The notes beneath the pieces are model-generated. The model was not told the origin of the DNA and ran no database searches. It saw only the letters and a list, made by a program, of their open reading frames with translations. From NCBI GenBank assembly GCA_023229115.1, contig JALNZW010000002.1, positions 17,513 through 81,512 of the forward strand: a DNA stretch of 64,000 nt. The letters run 5' to 3'. This stretch comes from Patescibacteria group bacterium (GTDB lineage: Bacteria > Patescibacteriota > Patescibacteriia > Patescibacteriales > UBA12465). A program made the translations under genes and the position numbers. Below are positions 35,764-43,142 of this stretch, piece after piece. Within the stretch, counting starts at the first letter, position 1. Every line of letters starts with the position of its first letter.

Positions 35764-36099
35764 TTATTTATTTAAGTGTGCATCAATATCATTTTTTAAA
35801 GAATCCTTTGACTTCATGCCGATAAACTCAGCAATAACCTTTCCATCTTTAAACAATTTCATATTAGGAATACTTTGAATTTGATATTCAATAGCTAATT
35901 CTTGATTAGCTGAATCTTCAGTGTTAACTTTAATAATTTTAACTTTTCCCTCTAAATCACCAGCTAATTCATCTAAAATAGGTGACATCATTTTACAAGG
36001 CATACACCATGGTGCCCAAAAATCTACTAAAACTGGAATATTTGATTCTAAAACTTCTTTAGCAAAATCATTTTTGCTCACATCTTGTGCTTTACTCAT
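35764..36099 (-). CDS. trxA: thioredoxin
   Basis: 111 aa, VLVDFWAPWCMPCK active site (CMPC variant of CGPC). Confidence 0.9.
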   Translation of the reverse strand: MSKAQDVSKNDFAKEVLESNIPVLVDFWAPWCMPCKMMSPILDELAGDLEGKVKIIKVNTEDSANQELAIEYQIQSIPNMKLFKDGKVIAEFIGMKSKDSLKNDIDAHLNK

Positions 36100-36166
36100 A
36101 ATTTTTTTAACTCTTTAAAAATATCTTGGAGATAATCTTTTAAAAGTTTTTATTTATTATTTTTAA

Positions 36167-36409
36167 TTATTTTTTTATAAATTCTGAAACAATTTTTTTT
36201 AAATTATCTTTACTGCTTGGACATTGTTTATCAAAACAAAGATTAAATTCTTCTTCTAAAATTTTATCCATCAAAGAAGCAACGCTTGATTTAACAGCTT
36301 TCAGTTGGACAACGGAATCAAAGCAAGTTTTGTTTTTTTGATTTAACATCTTCTTTATTCCTTCTAGTTGTCCAATTATGATATTTATTCTTTGTTCTGT
36401 GTTTCTCAT
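36167..36409 (-). CDS. CsoR/RcnR/CstR-family (DUF156) transcriptional repressor, Cys-x-Cys type
   Basis: 80 aa; RINIIIGQLEGIKKML.. helix-bundle pattern. Cys29 and Cys58 have the family 29-residue spacing, but Glu54 stands where Cu-sensing CsoR has His. Confidence 0.85.
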   Translation of the reverse strand: MRNTEQRINIIIGQLEGIKKMLNQKNKTCFDSVVQLKAVKSSVASLMDKILEEEFNLCFDKQCPSSKDNLKKIVSEFIKK

Positions 36410-36446
36410 ATTTCTTAAAAAATTGTAAAAATTTATTTATAAATAT

Positions 36447-36476
36447 ATTATAGCAAATACCCCTAGGGGGTGTCAA
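36447..36476 (-). promoter_or_regulatory. csoR-like gene promoter with embedded GC-tract operator
   Basis: Minus strand TTGACA(36476..36471)-N18-TATAAT(36452..36447). The spacer contains the near-palindrome ACACCCCCTAGGGGTAT (36473..36457), the C4/G4-tract type of CsoR-family operator. Confidence 0.65.
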
Positions 36477-36520
36477 GAGGCCAAGATATTAAGCTTTAAA
36501 TTATTCTCTTAAAAATAAAA

Positions 36521-36552
36521 ATTAAAAAAGCTTAGTTCAAGGAACTAAGCTT
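36521..36552 (-). terminator. terminator of the 254-aa orphan gene
   Basis: AAGCTTAGTTC / GAACTAAGCTT 11-bp stem followed (minus strand) by TTTTTTAATTTTT. Confidence 0.8.
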
Positions 36553-36580
36553 AAGTATAAAAGTTAAAGAGGTTCAAGAG

Positions 36581-37345
36581 TTAAGAAGCTACAGAACGGG
36601 AACGCAAGCCGTCGAAGTAAGAGCCAGAATCGTACAAATGGACAGAGAGCCCATCGTCGTCAGAGTACCAAAAAACGTTAGGAACACCGCCGTCAGAATT
36701 CCGCGAACCGGAGCATAGTGTCCAGTTGTCAGTGTCTAGGTGTTTTTTGGTCTCACTAAAATACAAGATCTCCAACAACAAACGCTCTAACAAGGTTATT
36801 CCTCTGTGCTCTTTTTTAGCAAGGTCATCCGCCGACACGTTTTTAAACTCTTCGTCGGCTTCAATATTGCGATTAAAAAGAATAAAATAATTTCCATCTT
36901 GAGAATTACGGTCATTTTTTGTAACATCAGAATCAAGATCCTCTGTGTATAAATACACTTTGAATCTTTCTCTCATAGCAGAAACAACAGCTTTCATAAT
37001 AATACCTTTGGCGACTAGCACTAAAAAATGTTTTTGGGGGTCATAATTGTCTGGAACTTTTAATCCAGAAACATTGATTTCCATACTGAACCACTCGTGA
37101 TAGATTTTTTTCCAGGGAGCAAGATAAATAGCATCAACACTTTCAGGCTGTAGCCTTGCTTTAATAAATTCAATCAATTCTTTGGCTAAATCCTTGTCCC
37201 CCTTAATGAGCTCTAAAAAAGACTCAAAGTCCAGGCCCTGTCTTTCAAACTCTTCAATCAAAAAAAAGATTCTCTTAAAATCTATTCCTCGTTTTTTAAG
37301 TTCGTCAATAAAAAAAGAAAGATCTTTTTCAAAATTTTTGTCCAT
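36581..37345 (-). CDS. hypothetical protein (254 aa), compositionally atypical
   Basis: Long ORF with its own promoter, GGAGG ribosome-binding site and terminator. The 3' 120 nt count about 50 percent GC by hand (28/60 and 31/60). No motif I can name. Confidence 0.7.
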   Translation of the reverse strand: MDKNFEKDLSFFIDELKKRGIDFKRIFFLIEEFERQGLDFESFLELIKGDKDLAKELIEFIKARLQPESVDAIYLAPWKKIYHEWFSMEINVSGLKVPDNYDPQKHFLVLVAKGIIMKAVVSAMRERFKVYLYTEDLDSDVTKNDRNSQDGNYFILFNRNIEADEEFKNVSADDLAKKEHRGITLLERLLLEILYFSETKKHLDTDNWTLCSGSRNSDGGVPNVFWYSDDDGLSVHLYDSGSYFDGLRSRSVAS

Positions 37346-37398
37346 TAGTTAATCCTCCATTATTAGTATTTATAATTAATATCAAAGTACAACTGGCT

Positions 37399-37427
37399 AT
37401 TCTAGTATATTTGAGTTATTTTGTCAA
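37399..37427 (-). promoter_or_regulatory. promoter of the 254-aa orphan gene
   Basis: Minus strand TTGACA(37427..37422)-N17-TAGAAT(37404..37399). Confidence 0.6.
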
Positions 37428-37589
37428 TTAAGCCAAAACAAGTATTCAGAACAAACCAACACTACTCAAAAAAATCAAGAAGTAATTATATTGTTATTTT
37501 TAAATAAATAATATAATATAAAGCAAGGTGTTTATATTTCCTAAATATCTCAATAATCTTAATAATCATAATAATCCTAATAAAATAAT

Positions 37590-38651
37590 ATGTCGCTATC
37601 TATCGGAATTGTTGGTTTGCCTAATGTCGGAAAATCAACCTTATTTAATATATTAACCAAGAAACAAGTAGAGGCTTCTAACTACCCTTTTTGTACTATT
37701 GACCCTAATGTAGGGGTGGTAAAAGTACCCGACGAAAGATTAGATAAAATAGCTCAAATTTCTCAACCAATTAAAATTATACCAACCTTTATTGAATTCA
37801 CTGATATTGCCGGTTTAGTTAAGGGCGCTCATGAAGGCGAGGGTTTAGGTAATCAATTTTTGTCACACATCAGAGAGTGCGATGCTATTTGTGAAGTAGT
37901 GCGTGATTTTAAAGATCCCAATGTTATTCATGTTAACGGCGAAATAGATCCAATGGGAGACCAAGAGACAATTAACATGGAATTAATTTTCGCTGATTTA
38001 AAAACAGTTGAAAAAAGATTAGAAAAAGTGGCTCGAGAAATAAAAAGTGGCGACAAAGAAATTGCCAAGCAAAAAGAAATATTAGAAAAAATAAAGACTT
38101 TATTAGACCAAGGAAAAGCCGCTAGAGAATTAGAGATAAAAGAAGAAGAAAAGGTTTTTATAAAAAGCTTAAGTTTACTGACCATCAAACCAATTATCTA
38201 CGCCCTTAATTCTGATGACACCGAAAAAAGTACCGATTTTAATTGGGATGGAGAAGCTATTAGAATTAATGTTAAAATGGAAGAAGAAATTGCTAAATTA
38301 CCAGAAGAAGAGCAAGCTGAATACATGAAAGAACTGGGAATAGAAAAAAGTGGTTTAGATAAATTAATTTCGGCTTCTTACAAACTTTTGGGTTTAGAAA
38401 CTTTTTTTACTACCGGTAAAGACGAAACCAGGGCTTGGACCATCAAAAAAGGATCTAAAGCTCCCCAAGCTGCAGCTGAAATTCATACTGACTTTGAAAA
38501 AGGTTTTGTTAGAGCTGAGGTTATAAATTGGGAAAAATTCATTGAAGCTGGCGGAGAAACAAAAGCTAAAGACTTAGGAATGATTAGAACTGAAGGCAAA
38601 GACTATATAGTGCAAGATGGAGATATTTGCAACTTCTTAATCAACAAATAA
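37590..38651 (+). CDS. ychF: redox-regulated ATPase YchF
   Basis: MSLSIGIVGLPNVGKSTLFN, DIAGLVKGAHEGEGLGNQFL, C-terminal TGS region. Confidence 0.95.
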   Translation: MSLSIGIVGLPNVGKSTLFNILTKKQVEASNYPFCTIDPNVGVVKVPDERLDKIAQISQPIKIIPTFIEFTDIAGLVKGAHEGEGLGNQFLSHIRECDAICEVVRDFKDPNVIHVNGEIDPMGDQETINMELIFADLKTVEKRLEKVAREIKSGDKEIAKQKEILEKIKTLLDQGKAARELEIKEEEKVFIKSLSLLTIKPIIYALNSDDTEKSTDFNWDGEAIRINVKMEEEIAKLPEEEQAEYMKELGIEKSGLDKLISASYKLLGLETFFTTGKDETRAWTIKKGSKAPQAAAEIHTDFEKGFVRAEVINWEKFIEAGGETKAKDLGMIRTEGKDYIVQDGDICNFLINK

Positions 38652-38692
38652 AAAATAAGTTCCAAAATACTTTTCAATAAATCTCGGGATAT

Positions 38693-38722
38693 AAAAAAAA
38701 TAGGTCGAAAGACCTATTTTTT
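38693..38722. terminator. bidirectional terminator (ychF / tRNA-Glu)
   Basis: AAAAAAAATAGGTC-GAAA-GACCTATTTTTT. Confidence 0.8.
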
Positions 38723-38727
38723 ATTTG

Positions 38728-38799
38728 TGACCCCTAGGGGAATCGAACCCCTATTGTCAGGATGAAAACCTGGTGTCCTAACCATTAGACGAAGGGGCC
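38728..38799 (-). tRNA. tRNA-Glu (UUC)
   Basis: GGCCCCTTCGTCTAATGGTTAGGACA..anticodon loop TTTTCAT..GGGGTTCGATTCCCCTAGGGGTCA; very similar to canonical bacterial tRNA-Glu. Confidence 0.9.
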
Positions 38800-39004
38800 T
38801 TATTGTAATTAAAACAAAAAGGCTTTTAGTCTTAGCTAAAAGTATCATTATTTTATATTTTTTAAAAACAATTGTCAAGAAAAGAAAATTATTTTATTTT
38901 TTCAAAAAAATATATAAAACCAAAAATAGTGAATATATAATAGAGAACAAAAAAGTCAACAAACAAGGGCAAAAATGAACAAAAACTAATTGTGGATAAC
39001 CCTA

Positions 39005-39033
39005 TTGACATTTTTTTTATTATATGATACAAT
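39005..39033 (+). promoter_or_regulatory. strong orphan promoter
   Basis: TTGACA(39005..39010)-N17-TACAAT(39028..39033). A perfect DnaA-box sequence TTATCCACA (complement of 38991..38999) lies 5 bp upstream of the -35. Confidence 0.6.
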
Positions 39034-39039
39034 ACTTGG

Positions 39040-39186
39040 TTGACAATTGATAAGATAAATTTTCAAAATCGGTTTAGGCGAGAAGGGCACGACAAGCATG
39101 GGACTTTCTTTTGGGGTTTCTAGGGCTAAGGCTCTAAAATTTCTAGAAGAGATTTTCTTGCCCGCCTCGCCTAAACTTATTTTTTT
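39040..39186 (+). ncRNA. candidate small RNA (promoter + long imperfect hairpin + U-tract), family unknown
   Basis: GTTTAGGCGAG(39072..39082) pairs with CTCGCCTAAAC(39166..39176), GGGCA(39085..39089) with TGCCC(39159..39163). Apical GGGC-TAAG-GCTC, then TTATTTTTTT. No plus-strand gene downstream. Confidence 0.4.
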
Positions 39187-39214
39187 CAGAAAACAAGAGT
39201 ATAATATTATTTCA

Positions 39215-39249
39215 ACAAAAAAGAGACTCCAGAGAGTCTCTTTTTTTTA
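39215..39249 (-). terminator. terminator of the VanW-family gene
   Basis: AAGAGACTC-CAGA-GAGTCTCTT with T-run on the minus strand. Confidence 0.8.
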
Positions 39250-39276
39250 TAACAGAATAATTTAATTTTCTATAAA

Positions 39277-41232
39277 TTATATATTTTCTATACTCCCAGT
39301 ATTTTCCGTGCTCTCTGTAGTTTCAGTGTTTACTGTGTTTTCTGTGCTTTCCGTGGTTTCTTCTTTTGGCTCTACACCAACTAAACAAACTTCTCTCCAA
39401 GGAACATACTTAGAATGAAACCTAGTTTCAACTTTATTTTCTAACTCTGTCCCTGGCTTATAGGTAACAAAATAATCAAAATAAGCCTCTGCTCCCGAAT
39501 GAGCTCTTTCAGTGCATTTCTTTTCACCTGGTTTTAAGTCGGTTGTCTCTATAATTTGAGTTGGACCTGGTTTAATAATATTATAAATAACTGGATAGGT
39601 CGTAGTGGCTAAACGGCCATCAGAAGTTCCCCAAAAATCAAAATACATATCATTAGCCCCCTCAAATCTAGCTTGAATTAATATATTGTGTTCAGTGTCA
39701 TTTTTAAATTTTAAATCAGGACGAGGACTATAAATAGTAGCATCTGTTCCAGCTGGCTCATAATAAGAAACGCGATAAGAATGATTTCGTCTTTCGGTAA
39801 TTGGCAAACCACTTCCTAAGGCAGATCTAAACAAAGTTGTAGCCACCTGACAAAGACCACCACCATATTCGGGCACAGTTTTATTACCTTTAATAACTAG
39901 CTCTGGTAAATATCCAGCCTCTCTAGTTGTTGGACCAAGAGCTGTTACCAGAGAAAATTCTTCTCCTGGCTTAATTATCAAACCATTTAATTTATCAGCC
40001 CCAACTTTAATATTATGTCTTCTATTGACTGATGATCCAGCAAAATTAGAATGACCACTACCGATTAACTCCTTAATTCCCATATCGTTTGTTCCATCAA
40101 GGCCATCTGTTTCAGAAACTTCAGTAATTAACAAAACTTGGTTAAAATCTTTCATTATAAAAGAATTCAAAAGATTGTTAAATGTTTTTTCTTTGTTTAT
40201 TTTTAAACCATTTTGTCCTGGAAAAAATAAAACAACTTTGTCGTCTTTAAATTCAAATTGAGGCTTAATTGGTTCTTTCTCAATTTCTGAAGCTACACTA
40301 TTGTCCAAGAAAGAAAAAAACTTTTCAGCATCCAAACCGACAAAAACATCTGAAGAATCATTATTCTTTTGCAACTTAAACCAAGTAGAAAAAATCTCTT
40401 TACTGATTGCAAAAGTTTTTTCATCTTCATTCTCTTTATAAATTAAATTAAAAGGAGCCAGTTCTAATAATTTATAAGCCTCCTCTTTTATTCCTGAGGC
40501 GTCAATAATCTTTATCTCTGGCGGACCATCAACAAGATTTAAATAAATATTATTATTTTTTAATTCAGCCAAATTATTTTTAAACTCAACAAAAAACTGA
40601 TCATAATTTATTTGCTTTCCATAAACCTCTGGACTTATAGAAAAAATTATTTCTGATTGATTTAGATTGTTATTCTCAAGAGAAATATTTTCATCTTGAT
40701 TATCAATAATTGTTGAATAATTACTAACAATATCAGCATTTTGAGCCAAAACAAGTGAGTCATCAAAACTATCATATAAATAGTTTTTTATTCTTTCCTC
40801 ATCTAAAACAAAGGAAAGGGGGATGTTTCTTTTTAAAAAAACAGAAGAAACTTTAAAATAAAAATCATTAAAAATATTGTTGCTTCGACCCAACAAAAAA
40901 GCCTCATCTAAGGTTTTATTGACATTAAAGAAAACTGTTTGAGAAACTAAATCAGGATCAAAAGCAAAAATATTCCTTCTCCACAAAAGCTCTTCTTTAT
41001 CACTTAATATTTTAACACCAGAAGAATCAAAATCTTCTATCTTTTTTTCTAATACCTCTTTAGCCTCTTCAACGGTTAACCCACCCAAATTAGAGCCATT
41101 TAGATAAACATTAGGATAAATTTTATTATCAAAGCGCGCCTCAAAAAACAAATAAAAAACTAACAAAAAAATAACCAAGAACAACAAAATATCAGAAACT
41201 AAAAATATAGCTTTTTTAAATTTAACACTCAT
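39277..41232 (-). CDS. VanW-family protein, membrane anchored (651 aa)
   Basis: N-terminal TM. VanW core GGGLCQVATTLFRSALGSGLPITERRNHSYRVSYY. C-terminal tandem ETTESTENT repeats (repeat DNA at 39290..39360). Confidence 0.85.
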   Translation of the reverse strand: MSVKFKKAIFLVSDILLFLVIFLLVFYLFFEARFDNKIYPNVYLNGSNLGGLTVEEAKEVLEKKIEDFDSSGVKILSDKEELLWRRNIFAFDPDLVSQTVFFNVNKTLDEAFLLGRSNNIFNDFYFKVSSVFLKRNIPLSFVLDEERIKNYLYDSFDDSLVLAQNADIVSNYSTIIDNQDENISLENNNLNQSEIIFSISPEVYGKQINYDQFFVEFKNNLAELKNNNIYLNLVDGPPEIKIIDASGIKEEAYKLLELAPFNLIYKENEDEKTFAISKEIFSTWFKLQKNNDSSDVFVGLDAEKFFSFLDNSVASEIEKEPIKPQFEFKDDKVVLFFPGQNGLKINKEKTFNNLLNSFIMKDFNQVLLITEVSETDGLDGTNDMGIKELIGSGHSNFAGSSVNRRHNIKVGADKLNGLIIKPGEEFSLVTALGPTTREAGYLPELVIKGNKTVPEYGGGLCQVATTLFRSALGSGLPITERRNHSYRVSYYEPAGTDATIYSPRPDLKFKNDTEHNILIQARFEGANDMYFDFWGTSDGRLATTTYPVIYNIIKPGPTQIIETTDLKPGEKKCTERAHSGAEAYFDYFVTYKPGTELENKVETRFHSKYVPWREVCLVGVEPKEETTESTENTVNTETTESTENTGSIENI

Positions 41233-41234
41233 AT

Positions 41235-41453
41235 TTATTCAACATTTAATATTTCATTAAGAATATCCTTGGCCTTTTGTTTTCTTAGAGAATCATCAAA
41301 ATCTGAAGATGAAATCAAAAAATTTAAATATTCTCCCTCAGAAATTCCTTCGGGTAATTTATCTTGAGGCCATAAAACTTCATGATCACCATTATCCATT
41401 TTCAAAACAGCTTGGCCATTTTTAATATTAATAAATTTTAACTTTATTTCCAT
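41235..41453 (-). CDS. DUF3006-like small protein (72 aa)
   Basis: Pattern KNGQAVLKMDNGDHEVLWPQDKLPEGISEGEYLNF resembles DUF3006 (from memory); tightly packed between hsp20 and vanW. Confidence 0.5.
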   Translation of the reverse strand: MEIKLKFINIKNGQAVLKMDNGDHEVLWPQDKLPEGISEGEYLNFLISSSDFDDSLRKQKAKDILNEILNVE

Positions 41454-41456
41454 ACT

Positions 41457-41885
41457 CTAAGATTTTATTTTTACTTTTATTTCTTTACTTTTATAAATTC
41501 TATCCAAAGAAATAGTTAAAACTCCATTTTCCAATACAGCATCAATTTTTTTAGAATCTACTTCTTCTGGCAAAATAACTGTTCTAGAAAAAGAACCCCA
41601 ATAACATTCTTGCATCAAAGGCTCACTTTCATTTAACGAGCGGTCATATTCTCTTCGTCCTTTAATAGTCAACATGTCATGATTTAAAGATATAAATAGG
41701 TTTTCTGGTGAAACACCAGCCATAGTTGATTTAACCACTATTTTATCATCAGTTTGATAAACATCTAATAAAAGCTGTCCTTCTGGCAAATTATCATCTA
41801 GCCACTCAGGAGAAAAACCATCATCTTCTTCGTGAGTCTCTACTTTGTTCATTTTTTGATGCTTATTTTTAAAAAGATTTATCAT
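41457..41885 (-). CDS. Hsp20/alpha-crystallin small heat-shock protein
   Basis: LDVYQTDDKIVVKSTMAGVSPENLFISLNHDMLTIKGRRE..FSRTVILPEEVDSKKIDAVLENGVLTISL. Confidence 0.9.
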   Translation of the reverse strand: MINLFKNKHQKMNKVETHEEDDGFSPEWLDDNLPEGQLLLDVYQTDDKIVVKSTMAGVSPENLFISLNHDMLTIKGRREYDRSLNESEPLMQECYWGSFSRTVILPEEVDSKKIDAVLENGVLTISLDRIYKSKEIKVKIKS

Positions 41886-41995
41886 AAATTTAAGTTAAAT
41901 TTTTATTGTTTTTAGCTAAAATAAACAAATATTAGCAATATGATTATATAATATTTTTTAATAATTAACAAACCCTTAGTGGGTTAATCTAAGAA

Positions 41996-43090
41996 ATGAC
42001 TACAGAGAAAAAAATGGCTATAGCTTTCAACCATTTAATAAACTTTAATAATTTTAAACTTCAAACAATTTTAAAAAATTTTTCTAGCTTAGAAAAGGCT
42101 TATTATGCCAGTGATTTAGAGCTCTATAAACTGCCCTGGAGAAAAAAAATTATCGAGACATTCCTAAATAATAGAAAAAAAATAAAGATTGAAAAAATAA
42201 TAAAAGAAATAGAAGAACAAAAAATAATGGTTTCTTATATCAAAGAAGATTCTTATCCAGAACTATTAAGAAATATCTATGATCCGCCACCAATACTATA
42301 CTATTGGGGCGACTTGAAAATTGACTGGAATAAATCACTGTCAGTTATTGGCTCTCGTCATCCTAGTTCTTATGGACAAAGAGTTGTCAAAAACATAATA
42401 ACCGAACTTAGCGATAGTGGACTGAATATAATTAGTGGTCTAGCAATCGGCATTGATTCCTTGGCTCACGAAGAATCTCTTTTAAATAACTTAAAAACTA
42501 TTGCCGTTTTAGGTTCTGGTTTAGGCCAAGAAGTTATTCATCCCAAATCAAACCGACGATTAGTTAGAGAAATAATTGATAATCAGGGATTGGTTGTATC
42601 CGAATTCTCACCCCGAACACCTCCTTGGCCACAAAATTTTCCTCAAAGAAATAGAATAATAGCTGGATTATCAAATAAAACCCTAGTAATAGAGGCTGGT
42701 GAAAAATCAGGCTCATTAATAACCAGTAAATTAGCCCTAGAGGAAGGACGTGATGTTTTAACAATAGTCGGTGACATTTTTAGCTTAAACTCTAAAGGCA
42801 CCAATGAATTAGCCAAAAATGGTGCAATAATTGTAAATCAGGCAGAAGATATTTTAAATTTATTTAATATAGATAGCAAAAAATTATTTCAAAAATCAAC
42901 AACAAAGATTAAAACAGAAAATAAGATTGAAGAAAAAATTATTGAATTATTAAAAAAAGAAAAGAAAAATATTGAAGAAATAATTGCCGAATTACAAGAA
43001 AATATATCAGAAATTCTTACTGCCATAAATTCTTTAGAGATAAAAGGATATATAAAAGATTTGGGAGGAAAAAACTATGTTTTAAGATAA
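41996..43090 (+). CDS. dprA: DNA-processing protein DprA
   Basis: SVIGSRHPSSYG, GLAIGIDSLAHEESL, SEF..PQNFPQRNRIIAGLS, C-terminal winged-helix-like tail. Confidence 0.9.
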   Translation: MTTEKKMAIAFNHLINFNNFKLQTILKNFSSLEKAYYASDLELYKLPWRKKIIETFLNNRKKIKIEKIIKEIEEQKIMVSYIKEDSYPELLRNIYDPPPILYYWGDLKIDWNKSLSVIGSRHPSSYGQRVVKNIITELSDSGLNIISGLAIGIDSLAHEESLLNNLKTIAVLGSGLGQEVIHPKSNRRLVREIIDNQGLVVSEFSPRTPPWPQNFPQRNRIIAGLSNKTLVIEAGEKSGSLITSKLALEEGRDVLTIVGDIFSLNSKGTNELAKNGAIIVNQAEDILNLFNIDSKKLFQKSTTKIKTENKIEEKIIELLKKEKKNIEEIIAELQENISEILTAINSLEIKGYIKDLGGKNYVLR

Positions 43091-43142
43091 ACGTTTGTAT
43101 TTTTTTCTTTTAAATACTATAATCTTTTTATAAATAAAAAAT

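Noticed and set aside
36581-36800. Treating high GC alone as proof of horizontal transfer (also seen in the pilin gene 2216..2674 and the secreted protein 1..608)
   Set aside because: Gly/Ala/Thr/Pro/Ser-rich proteins raise GC locally in this genome. The transfer idea for the 254-aa gene rests mainly on its unique SD site and autonomous signals, not on GC.
39098-39265. 55-codon plus-strand ORF inside the sRNA candidate
   Set aside because: It runs through two terminator hairpins and into the 3' flank of the convergent gene. Its product is unremarkable and basic. The RNA-structure explanation fits better, but it is left as an alternative in the finding.
38806-39276. Possible oriC because of a perfect DnaA box in a long AT-rich spacer
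   Set aside because: There is only one box (38991..38999). I found no cluster of imperfect boxes, no dnaA/dnaN nearby and no strand-bias switch centred here.
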